Source: Trueperaceae bacterium (GTDB lineage Bacteria; Deinococcota; Deinococci; Deinococcales; Trueperaceae). Taken from it: a DNA stretch of 64,000 bases. Below are positions 20,122 to 28,868 of the stretch, piece by piece. The stretch spans positions 416,001 through 480,000 of the forward strand of contig OZ243956.1 in the NCBI GenBank assembly GCA_965214405.1, read 5' to 3'. The notes under the pieces are model-generated. The model did no database searches. It saw only the letters and a program-made list of their open reading frames with translations, and was not told the DNA's origin. Position numbers and translations under genes: made by a program. Each line of letters begins with the position of its first letter. Position 1 is the first letter of the stretch.

Positions 20122-21141
20122 CTACACCGCCTCCAAATCAAACTGCACTTTCATCCTCTTAGGGTCGCGCTCAGCCAACGCCAATCCGCTCGCAAACTCG
20201 CTCACGGGCAGCGCGTGCGACACGATAGGGTCTAAACTAACCGCGCCGCCCCGTACCAGGGCGATGGCCTCATGAAAAGTTTTATTGAGCGCGAACGAAC
20301 CGATAACGCTCACGTCGTAGCGGAACACATCGAAGGGGACAAAGCTCGTTTCTGCGCCCGAAGGAGCCACGCCGAAGACCCACAGCTTACCGCCCGGACG
20401 CACCCAGGTGAACGCCCCCTCGATAACCTCGGGCACCCCCGTCGCGTCGGCGACAACTTCGAAACCGTGCGGGGCAAGGCTGCCAAAGGTGTCTTTACTA
20501 AGTTTGTCCGCCTCCACCACCGCGCTCGCACCCAAGCTCTCGGCCAAATCCAAACGCCACCTTTCCTTGTCCACCATCGCCACATAGGATGCCCCGGCGC
20601 GTTTGGCGGCCTGCATCATGAGGATGCCCATCGGCCCGGCCCCGAAAATGAGCAGCCGGTCACCCGCCTGGATTTGCACCCGCTGGAGGCCCCAGACCAC
20701 GCAGGCGAGGGGCTCGAGCAGCGCCGCGTCCGCAAACGACAAGTCGCCGATGCTGTAGACGGCGCTCTGGGGCACCCGGACGTACTGCGCAAAGGCTCCC
20801 GCGCGCGTGACGCCTACGACGTCTAGGTTGAGGCACTGGTTAAACCCCCGCCGCTGGCAAAAGACGCAGGCGTAGCAAGGCAGGTTCGGGTCGGCGGTCA
20901 CGCGATCGCCCACCTCAAAGTCGCGCACCCGGTCGCCGACGGCGGCGACGACGCCGCTAAACTCGTGACCCGGCGTGAGCGGGTAACGCGCCAACGCGTA
21001 CGAGCCGTGCCAGATGTGAAGGTCGGTGCCGCAGACGCCCGCGCGTTTCACTTCGATGAGCACGTCGTCCGGGCCGAGGGTGGGGCGGTCGCGCTCGAGC
21101 ACCGCCGAATTCCCAGGCGAGGTGATGCTGGCGGCAATCAC
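20122..21141 (-). CDS. Zinc-dependent polyol/alcohol dehydrogenase
   Basis: GVCGTDLH, GHEFSG, CYACVFC...C, GAGPMG; start GTG 21141 overlaps the permease stop. Confidence 0.88.
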   Translation of the reverse strand: MIAASITSPGNSAVLERDRPTLGPDDVLIEVKRAGVCGTDLHIWHGSYALARYPLTPGHEFSGVVAAVGDRVRDFEVGDRVTADPNLPCYACVFCQRRGFNQCLNLDVVGVTRAGAFAQYVRVPQSAVYSIGDLSFADAALLEPLACVVWGLQRVQIQAGDRLLIFGAGPMGILMMQAAKRAGASYVAMVDKERWRLDLAESLGASAVVEADKLSKDTFGSLAPHGFEVVADATGVPEVIEGAFTWVRPGGKLWVFGVAPSGAETSFVPFDVFRYDVSVIGSFALNKTFHEAIALVRGGAVSLDPIVSHALPVSEFASGLALAERDPKRMKVQFDLEAV

Positions 21142-22025
21142 TTCACAGCCCCCATCGTGAGGCCGGTCACGAGTTGCCGCTGCGCGACCCAGCCCGCAAT
21201 CAGCACGGGGACGACCGCCGCGGTCGCCGCCGCCGACATCTTGGCGATAAACAGGTCGCCCTGCGCTGCCTTGAAGGTCGAGACGTAGACCGACAGCGGC
21301 GAGGCGTCGCGGGAGGTGAGGTTGACGGCCAAGAAAAACTCGTTCCAGGTAAAGATTAGAGCCAGTAGCGAGGTCGCGGCGAGGCCGGGGATGAGCAGCG
21401 GCAGGATGACGTTGGAAAATTCGTTCCAGAGGTTCGCGCCGTCTAAGCGCGCCGCCTCGATGATTTCGTAGGGCACTTCTAACATAAACGAGCGCAGCAT
21501 CCACACGACGAGCGGGAAATTCATCCCGGCGTAGAGGATAATGAGCCCCAGGTGCGTGTCAAGTAGGTTAAGCCGCAAGAAGAGCACGTACAGGGGCACG
21601 ATGACGCCCGCGGGGGGCAGCATCCGCGTCGACATCATCCACAGGAGCGAGCCGTCGGTGCGCTTGGTCGTGTAAAACGCCATCGCGTAGGCCGTCGGCA
21701 CGCCCAAGAGGAGCGCCAGCAGAATCGAGAAAAAGGTGATGACGACGGTGTTCCATAAAAACTCTAAAAAGGGCGAGTTGAAGAGCGCCAGACGCCAGTT
21801 CGCCAAAGTCGGCTCAAAAAAGACGCGCGGCGGAAACTGGATCGCCAGCGCCTCGGTCTTGAACGAGGTGAGCGCCATCCAAAAAATAGGAAAAAACATC
21901 AAAAAGGCGAGCAGGAGGGTCACGACCGAGAGCAAATGCCCGCCCATTTTCCTGCGGTTTAGACCTGTATGCTTTTGACTCACTCGGCTTGAAGCTCGAG
22001 TTACACTCACGCGGTCTGAATTCAC
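21138..22025 (-). CDS. Carbohydrate (polyol) ABC transporter permease, SmoG/MtlG-like
   Basis: EAARLDGA EAA loop, WNEFF; GTG 22025 overlaps the upstream stop. Confidence 0.88.
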   Translation of the reverse strand: MNSDRVSVTRASSRVSQKHTGLNRRKMGGHLLSVVTLLLAFLMFFPIFWMALTSFKTEALAIQFPPRVFFEPTLANWRLALFNSPFLEFLWNTVVITFFSILLALLLGVPTAYAMAFYTTKRTDGSLLWMMSTRMLPPAGVIVPLYVLFLRLNLLDTHLGLIILYAGMNFPLVVWMLRSFMLEVPYEIIEAARLDGANLWNEFSNVILPLLIPGLAATSLLALIFTWNEFFLAVNLTSRDASPLSVYVSTFKAAQGDLFIAKMSAAATAAVVPVLIAGWVAQRQLVTGLTMGAVK

Positions 22026-22957
22026 AGGGTCACCTCGTTTGACTCGGAATTGCGGCGCAGCACGTTTAAGAAAAGGATGATGACGATGTTTGCCAAAATC
22101 ACCGCGAAGATGCCGTAGGCGCTCGCGCGGCCCACGTTTTGCCTCGAGAACGCCTCCAAGAAAATTTGGTAGGGCAGGTTCGTCGTCTGGAGCCCCGGCC
22201 CGCCCGAGGTCGTTACAAAGATGATGCCGAACTCGCTGAGGATAAAAATGGTTTCTAACAGGAGCGCGATTTCGATAAATCTTCCTAAGTGCGGCAGGAT
22301 GATAAAGCGGAACATCGACGGGCCGCTCGCCCCGTCGATGCGCGCGGCCTCCAAGGTCGAATCGGGCAGGCTCTGCAAACCTGCCAGCAAAATCAGCATC
22401 ACGAAAGGAATCCACTGCCACGAGACGATGCCGATCACGGTGCCCATCGGGAAGGCCTCGAGCGCGTAAAAGTCACGAATCCCAAAGAGCCTGAAAAAAT
22501 AGCCGAACAGCCCGAACGACGGGTCTAGCAGGAGGTTTTTCCACAGCACCGCCGCCGCCACCGGCATCATGAGAAAGGGCGAAATCAGCAGCGTCCGGGC
22601 GAGCGCGCGCCCCGGAAAAGGCCGGTTTAAGAGCAGCGCGAACATGAGGCCCAGGACAAAGGTGATGACGACGACCGCCACGGTCAAATAAAGCGTGTTC
22701 CACAAGACCACGTAAAAGTCAGGATTGGTGAGGATGCGGCTGTAATTGCGCCACATCCGGTCCCAGCCTGCAAAACCCGTGCTGTTGGGCCTGAGCAAGT
22801 TCCAGTTGGTGAACGAATACCAGATGGCAAAAACGAACGGCACCTGCGTGACGAGCACCAAAAACAAGATGCCGGGGGCGGACAAGAATTTGCGGTTCTC
22901 GCGGCGGAGCGGCGTCTCCGCCTTTGGCTGCGCTTGCGGCAGGCTGGTACTTGCCAT
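22022..22957 (-). CDS. Carbohydrate (polyol) ABC transporter permease, SmoF/MtlF-like
   Basis: WQWIPFVMLILLAGLQ, EAARIDGA, TSGGPG. Confidence 0.9.
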   Translation of the reverse strand: MASTSLPQAQPKAETPLRRENRKFLSAPGILFLVLVTQVPFVFAIWYSFTNWNLLRPNSTGFAGWDRMWRNYSRILTNPDFYVVLWNTLYLTVAVVVITFVLGLMFALLLNRPFPGRALARTLLISPFLMMPVAAAVLWKNLLLDPSFGLFGYFFRLFGIRDFYALEAFPMGTVIGIVSWQWIPFVMLILLAGLQSLPDSTLEAARIDGASGPSMFRFIILPHLGRFIEIALLLETIFILSEFGIIFVTTSGGPGLQTTNLPYQIFLEAFSRQNVGRASAYGIFAVILANIVIILFLNVLRRNSESNEVTL

Positions 22958-23134
22958 CGCTCTCTCCTTTGGTTGGGTAACACATCGACTAACATACTGA
23001 CTGGGTGACGGGTGGCTCGAGCCTTGTGCGGGCTATCGTCACGCAATAAGCAGTTTTTGCGGGTGATACCTTGGTTGACAGGAAACGCGTAGAAAAGAAA
23101 TCGCTAAAAATAAGTACGGAAAAAGCCCTTGTAA

Positions 23135-23162
23135 AGGGTGTGCGAGAATTCTCGCACACCCT
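23135..23162. repeat. Perfect 28-bp palindrome after the substrate-binding protein gene
   Basis: AGGGTGTGCGAGAATTCTCGCACACCCT. Confidence 0.85.
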
Positions 23163-23176
23163 CAAAAAGCCCTGGT

Positions 23177-24490
23177 TTAGTAGTAGCCTGCGTCCTGCAT
23201 CGCCTCGTCGGCGACGCGTTGGGCGCGCGCTAAGCCGTCATCGACGGTGGTGTCGCCTGATAAAATCCCGGCGACAATTTGCGCGACGTCGTTGCCGATC
23301 CCTTGAAACTCGGGGATTTGCACGAACTGTACGCCGGGGGCGATGATGGGGTTCGCGGTCGAGTCGTTGGGGTCGGCGTTCTGGATGGCGTTGAGCACGA
23401 TGGGCGCGAACGGTGCAGCCTCGGCGTAGGCTTCGTTCTCATAGGTCGAGACGCGCGTGCCGGGGGGCACCGCTGCCTGACCTTTTTCTTCGGCGACCAG
23501 GTCGATGTACTCCTGTGAAGTTGCCCAAGTCATGAACTTAAAGGCGGCTTCTTGGGCGTCCGACGAGCTGGGGATGCCTAAGTTCCAGCTCCACAACCAG
23601 GCGTTCCCTTTATCGACCGGACCGACCGGGGCGACCGCGTAAGCCATGTCAGGGCCCGCTTCCGAGCCTGCCAAAAAGCCTGCGGCGACGGTGGCGTCGA
23701 CCCAAATGGCGGCCTGACCCGACGACATGAGTTGCAACGCTTCAGGGAAGGAGATGCCGGTCACACCGGGTGCGCCACACTCGTTGACGAGGTCGCGGTA
23801 AAAGGTGATGGCTTCGTTCCACTCAGGGGTGTCAATGGTGGGACGACCCTCGGCGTCGAACCACTGCCCGCCGAAGGTATTGACCACGGTGGTGATGGGA
23901 GCCATGTTGTCGCCCCAGCCGGGTTTGCCGCGCAGCACGACGCCATAAACGCCGTTCTCGGGGTCGTGAACCGCGCAGGCGATGTCGCGGACTTCCTGCC
24001 AGGTCGGGTTCTCGGGCATGGTCTGCCCCGCCTCTTCGAGCAGGCGCTGGTTATACATGGTGAAGCTCGACTCGCCGTAGAAGGGGACCGCGTAGAGTTC
24101 GCTCTCGTAGCTCAAGCCGCCCTGGATGGCGGGCAGGATGTCTTCAAAATTATAGTCCGCCGCCACGTCCGGGTACTCTTGCGCCAGGGCGTCGACCGAG
24201 ACGAGCCAATCGTTCGCCGCCCAGAGCGGCGTTTCGTACGCGCCGACGGTCACCAGGTCGAACGAGCCCGAGCCCGTTGCTACATCGGTAGTCAGGCGCG
24301 AGCGAAGCGTGCCCTCGTCCAAAAAGAGCCATTCCAGGTTGATGTCGGGGTTTTGCTCTTCAAAGGTGGTGCTGAGTTCTTGCATGGTGACCATGTCGGG
24401 ATTGTTTACCGAGGCGATGGTCACGGTGGTCTGAGCCCAAACGGCTCCCGCCATGAGAGAAGCGAGCAAGATCATGATGCGCGTTTTCAT
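23177..24490 (-). CDS. Polyol (sorbitol/mannitol-type) ABC substrate-binding protein, SmoE/MtlE-like
   Basis: Signal peptide; IASVNNPDM, PFYGESSFTMY, LRGKPGWGDNMA, GVQFVQIPEFQ; start at ATG 24490. Confidence 0.88.
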   Translation of the reverse strand: MKTRIMILLASLMAGAVWAQTTVTIASVNNPDMVTMQELSTTFEEQNPDINLEWLFLDEGTLRSRLTTDVATGSGSFDLVTVGAYETPLWAANDWLVSVDALAQEYPDVAADYNFEDILPAIQGGLSYESELYAVPFYGESSFTMYNQRLLEEAGQTMPENPTWQEVRDIACAVHDPENGVYGVVLRGKPGWGDNMAPITTVVNTFGGQWFDAEGRPTIDTPEWNEAITFYRDLVNECGAPGVTGISFPEALQLMSSGQAAIWVDATVAAGFLAGSEAGPDMAYAVAPVGPVDKGNAWLWSWNLGIPSSSDAQEAAFKFMTWATSQEYIDLVAEEKGQAAVPPGTRVSTYENEAYAEAAPFAPIVLNAIQNADPNDSTANPIIAPGVQFVQIPEFQGIGNDVAQIVAGILSGDTTVDDGLARAQRVADEAMQDAGYY

Positions 24491-24545
24491 TCCGATCCTC
24501 CTTATTACCTGCGAACGACTAAGAAAATGCACTATACATAAAACG

Positions 24546-24816
24546 ATGGACACGTGACCATTCCTTCCCATATCCTCCTTTCGCTTTGATCAGCGTCGTG
24601 ACACTACACCTTCGTGTGTTCTTGCCACAGCCGCTACACGTTTCGAGGCGATGCTCGAGATTTTTCACATCCAATGGTCTCGTGGTCATCAGCATAGACC
24701 ATTCTTAAAAAGCTTGTCAATAGCTGGAGGTAACGAAGGCGAAAGGTCCCCGAGCGAGCGCGTACAGAAAAAGCTTTGGCAGATAGACCCGTCTGCTACA
24801 GTGGTCTCGTGTCCAG
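24546..24816. promoter_or_regulatory. Three candidate LacI-family operators
   Basis: ATGGACACGTGACCAT (24546-24561), ATGGTCTCGTGGTCAT (24674-24689) and GTGGTCTCGTGTCCAG (24801-24816), all palindromic around a central CG. Confidence 0.6.
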
Positions 24817-25873
24817 CATCACCGCTACTCTCAACGCCACCATCAACGACGTTGCCAAACGTGCGGGGGTCTCCGCGAGCACCGCCAAGCGCGCCATCCG
24901 CACACCCGATAAACTCGCGCCCGCGACTTTAGAGCGCGTGCAAGAGGCCATCCGCGACCTCGCCTACGAACCCGACAAACTCGCCAGCACGCTGAGGAGC
25001 GGTCAGAGCCGTTTGGTGGGCCTCGTCGTCGGCAGCATCGTCGAGCCCTTTTTTGCCGAGCTCACCCGCGCCACGGGCCGCGCCCTGCGCGCGGAAGGCT
25101 ACACGCTGATCGTGGCGGACAACGAATATAGCAGCGCGCTCGAGCTCACCCAACTCCGCGAGTTCTACGGCAACCGCGTGGGCGGGCTGATGATCAGGGC
25201 AGGCTACGGCGGTCACAATTTGGATTATCTAACGCGCCTGAGCGAGCGCGGCACCGCCATCGTAGAAATCGACTACGTCTACCCGACGAGCCCCTTTAGC
25301 CACGTGCTGCTCGACAATGGGGCCGCCATGACGGAAGCCGTGGGGCACTTGCACGCGCTCGGTCACCGGCTCGTTGCCTACGTCGGGATGATGTCGCAGA
25401 AGGGTCAGCCCGAGGAGCGTTATGAGGGCTTTCTGGAGGCCGCGCGGCACTTCGGCCTCGCGCTGCCGGGCGCTTACTACTCGAGCAGCGCGGCCTTCGC
25501 CACCGGACCCTTTGAAAATAGCGCCTACGCCATCACCACCAGGCTCCTCGCCCTGCCCGAACCGCCAACCGCGCTCGTGGCCTTTAACGACACCTGCACC
25601 CTGGGCGCGCTTCGCGCGGTGCGGGATGTAGGACTCGTCATACCCACCGACGTGTCGCTCATCGGCTTTGACAACTACGCCTGGACGCATTTGGTCAGCC
25701 CCGCCATCAGCGTTGTTGAACAGCCCACCGAGAGAATGGCGCACGCGGCGGTGGAGATTTTACTCCGCAACATCGGCAAGGACACAGATAAGGACACAGG
25801 GGAGGTGGAGCGAAAACGGTTTCGGGGACGGCTGCTGCTCCGGGAGAGTACGGGAGTGCCCAGGGGCGGGTAG
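24809..25873 (+). CDS. LacI-family transcriptional regulator
   Basis: TINDVAKRAGVSASTA HTH, DVSLIGFDN; TACAGT 6 nt before GTG 24809; divergent from the polyol operon. Confidence 0.92.
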   Translation: MSSITATLNATINDVAKRAGVSASTAKRAIRTPDKLAPATLERVQEAIRDLAYEPDKLASTLRSGQSRLVGLVVGSIVEPFFAELTRATGRALRAEGYTLIVADNEYSSALELTQLREFYGNRVGGLMIRAGYGGHNLDYLTRLSERGTAIVEIDYVYPTSPFSHVLLDNGAAMTEAVGHLHALGHRLVAYVGMMSQKGQPEERYEGFLEAARHFGLALPGAYYSSSAAFATGPFENSAYAITTRLLALPEPPTALVAFNDTCTLGALRAVRDVGLVIPTDVSLIGFDNYAWTHLVSPAISVVEQPTERMAHAAVEILLRNIGKDTDKDTGEVERKRFRGRLLLRESTGVPRGG

Positions 25874-25982
25874 GGCTACAAAGCATCAGCCTCGAGCTTA
25901 ACGCTTTGGCGAAAACTTTGGCGAAAACGGTTGGGACATCCTCGAGCCCTGTGAGAAAAATTTAGCGGCCTCTTCACAAAAC

Positions 25983-26156
25983 AGGCTTTTATCATCACGC
26001 CTCTTCGGGAGCGTTCAGAAAAGTGAGTACCAAGTACCGAGTAGAAAGTACCGAGTGAGACCTTCTGAACTCAGTCCTGGGTGCTCGGTGCTTTCGTCTT
26101 TAGGAAAGCGGAAACGCGTTCTACAGCTTTCTTTGTAGCGCTCATGATGAAAGCCT
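25983..26156. mobile_element. Candidate MITE (174 bp)
   Basis: TIRs AGGCTTTTATCAT / ATGATGAAAGCCT (12/13 match), flanked by 11-bp direct repeats CTTCACAAAAC / CTTCACGAAAC. Confidence 0.6.
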
Positions 26157-26348
26157 CTTCACGAAACTGCGCATGAGCACACCTTCTCACGGTGTGTTAC
26201 ACTTCTTTTTGCTGTTTTGAGGGGGTTTTCCCCACATCCCAAAACAAACCGAGACATATGGTGAGTGGTGAACGGTAAAGATGAAGATGACACACAGCCC
26301 CGAAGACACGGTACAAACGGTGCAAAAAGTTAATGTTCAACTTATAGG

Positions 26349-26425
26349 TGGTGCGCCCGACAGGATTCGAACCTGTGACCTTTCGCTCCGGAGGCGAACG
26401 CTCTATCCGGCTGAGCTACGGGCGC
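26349..26425 (-). tRNA. tRNA-Arg(CCG)
   Basis: GCGCCCG acceptor stem, anticodon arm TTCGC-CTCCGGA-GCGAA, GGTTCGAATCC T-loop, encoded CCA end. Confidence 0.96.
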
Positions 26426-26654
26426 ATAAGAATGGAGCATCAAACGAGTGACGCTTCGAGTATCCCTAAGAATCCAAAGTAGCACACGGGCTGCTTGGAC
26501 GTCCCTACAGATGATACTCCTAATAAGGCGAGTTTCATAGACCCTAAGTTTATCAGCGCGGGTATCATCACCGGGACCATGTCTCAAACCGTAAGGCGTA
26601 GACCGGTCTCTCAAATCAGATGATACCTGCTGTCAACAGGAGGAAGTAGAGCAG

Positions 26655-28793
26655 ATGAAGTTATCAAGGCGAACCAACAGCATTATTCTCTGGATTATTT
26701 CGGTGGCCCTTTTGGTGGGCATGATCGTCACCTTTACGCCCACGGGCAACCTTTTTGGGCGGACGGCGCAACAAAACGAGGTGCCCGCGCTTTTGGTCAA
26801 CGGCCAGCCGATTAGCGAGCTCGAGGTGGCCAGAGCCGAGCAGAGTAGCCGCCTCTACACGGCGGTGTCCGAAGGCCCGGTGGCCCAGGACCTGCAACTG
26901 CTGCTGCTCGACTCGCTCGTGACCAACGAGGTGTTGAGGCAAGCGGCTGCGGACACGCGCGTGTCGAACGGCGAGGTGCGCGCGGCGGTAAACGAGTTTC
27001 GTGAGCAGAACAATGTGGCGGGCTCCGGCAACGACCAGCGCTATTTGGGGCTCATCGGCAACGCCGGATTTACCGACGCGACCTTTCGAGACTACACAAG
27101 AGAAGGGCTCCGGCAAGAAAAGTATCTGGACGGCGTGACCGGTGAAGTCGAGGTGACCGACGACGAGGTCCGGGCGTTTTACGACGCCAACAGCGACGCT
27201 TACACGACGGAAGCGCGCATCGTGGCTCGAGACGTCGTGCTGCCCAGCCAGGCGCAGGCCGACGACGTTTACGCGCGGCTCCTAGCGGGTGAAGATTTTA
27301 CGACGCTGGCCCAGGCGTTTTCTACCGAACGCGCCGACCAGGCGGGCGCGCTGGGCGCTGCGGCGGGGAGTTCCGACCCCGCGCCCGTGGGCCGCGCGGC
27401 CCTGCCGACCGCGGTCGCCGACGCCGCCTTTGGTTTAGGGGGCGCAGGCTTGACCGAGCCCGTAAGCGCGGGTGAGCGCTTCTACATCGTCCAGGTTGAA
27501 AACTTCATCCCCTCCCAACCCCAATCCTTTGAGGAGGTCCAAGACAGGGTGCGCGAGGACGCGCTGGCGGCCAAAAGAGCGGGGGCGCAGGAGGCGGTTT
27601 TAGAGGCGCTCCGCGCGGAGGCGACCGTCACCATCCCCGAGGGCAGCGCCACCACCTACAGCAACCCCGCCGTCGCCCGCGTCGGCGAGGAGGAGATTCT
27701 GGCCGCCGACTTGAACCGCGCGACCTACACGAACCCGCAGGTACAAAACTTTTTGAGCCCCAACAACGCCCAGCTCATCACCCAATTTTTCAAGCCGAGC
27801 ATTTTGGAAAGCCTCATTAACCAAACGCTGGCGGCGCAGGGGGCGCAGGCCTTGGGCATCTCCCCCATCGGCCCCGAGCCGACGGTCGCCCAGAGCGCAC
27901 TCGCTTACGTGGGCAAAGACGCCACAGTGGACGACGCGGACGTGCAAAGTTATTACGACGAAAATGTGAGCCGTTTTACGCTGCCGCCTCGAGCGGTCGC
28001 CACTCAGGTGACGTTTGACAATCAGGCCGCCGCGAACGCGTTCCGCCAGTCTCTAACAACCCAGGGATTGGCCGAACCAGCCGGGGCGATAACGGGCGGC
28101 GTCACGGGCGGCGCGCCGGAATCACCCATACAAACCGCGGCGAGCGCGGCGGGGGGCACCGTTCAAGACCTAGGCGTGGTGACGCCCGGCACAGGCGGGC
28201 TCATCCCCGACTTAGAGACCGCGCTCTTCGAAAGTACCCTCGCGCCCGTCCCCGGCTCTGTGAGAGGAGTGTCGGACGTTGTGACGACGACCGAAGAAGT
28301 GCCGACGGAACTACCCGCCACGGGCGGCGCAACAGGGGGCACGACAGGAGGCGAGACAGGCGGTACTACGGGCGGCGCTCAAACCGTCACCACCTACACG
28401 GTGCTCCTGGCGACGCGCGCCCCGGAGCGCGTCCAGCCTCTTACGGAGGTGCGTCCTCAAGTCGAGCAAGCAGTGCTCCAACAGAAGCGTCAGGAACTGC
28501 GCGACACCTGGCTGAGCGACCTGCGCGACACGTACCCCGTGACCAACCTCTTGGCCGAAACGACCGCCGGAACCGGAGGCGCGGCGACAGGAGGTGCTGT
28601 GACGGGGGGTGCTGTGACTGGAGGAACCGAAACAGCAGTAGCGACGACAGGCGGCGCTGTAGCAGGTGAAGCCGTAACAGGGGGTGCTGTAACAGGAGGC
28701 GCTGCAACGGGTGGCCTCGAGATCGTAACGGGCGCAGCGGCAACAGGCGGCGTCACCCCCACGCCCGTGACGGGCGGCACCGGGGGGCAGTAA
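26655..28793 (+). CDS. SurA/PrsA-like peptidyl-prolyl isomerase foldase with Thr-Gly-Gly repeat regions
   Basis: N-terminal membrane anchor, SurA-N-like region, parvulin motif GEDFTTLAQAFS...GALG, duplicated architecture, TGG-rich C-terminus. Confidence 0.78.
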   Translation: MKLSRRTNSIILWIISVALLVGMIVTFTPTGNLFGRTAQQNEVPALLVNGQPISELEVARAEQSSRLYTAVSEGPVAQDLQLLLLDSLVTNEVLRQAAADTRVSNGEVRAAVNEFREQNNVAGSGNDQRYLGLIGNAGFTDATFRDYTREGLRQEKYLDGVTGEVEVTDDEVRAFYDANSDAYTTEARIVARDVVLPSQAQADDVYARLLAGEDFTTLAQAFSTERADQAGALGAAAGSSDPAPVGRAALPTAVADAAFGLGGAGLTEPVSAGERFYIVQVENFIPSQPQSFEEVQDRVREDALAAKRAGAQEAVLEALRAEATVTIPEGSATTYSNPAVARVGEEEILAADLNRATYTNPQVQNFLSPNNAQLITQFFKPSILESLINQTLAAQGAQALGISPIGPEPTVAQSALAYVGKDATVDDADVQSYYDENVSRFTLPPRAVATQVTFDNQAAANAFRQSLTTQGLAEPAGAITGGVTGGAPESPIQTAASAAGGTVQDLGVVTPGTGGLIPDLETALFESTLAPVPGSVRGVSDVVTTTEEVPTELPATGGATGGTTGGETGGTTGGAQTVTTYTVLLATRAPERVQPLTEVRPQVEQAVLQQKRQELRDTWLSDLRDTYPVTNLLAETTAGTGGAATGGAVTGGAVTGGTETAVATTGGAVAGEAVTGGAVTGGAATGGLEIVTGAAATGGVTPTPVTGGTGGQ

Positions 28794-28822
28794 GCGACCG
28801 GCTGAATTCAGGTCCGGTAATG

Positions 28823-28851
28823 AGCGGCTCGAGCCTTCTCGAGCCGCTTTT
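28823..28851 (+). terminator. Terminator whose stem is built from two CTCGAG sites
   Basis: AGCGGCTCGAG-CCTT-CTCGAGCCGCT-TTT. Confidence 0.7.
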
Positions 28852-28868
28852 CTTGATAGATTGGCCTC

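Noticed and set aside
25904..25928. CTTTGGCGAAAA tandem duplication
   Set aside because: Only two copies with no functional context; probably slippage.
26168..26425. Integrative element at tRNA-Arg
   Set aside because: No integrase and no duplicated tRNA 3' end in the window.
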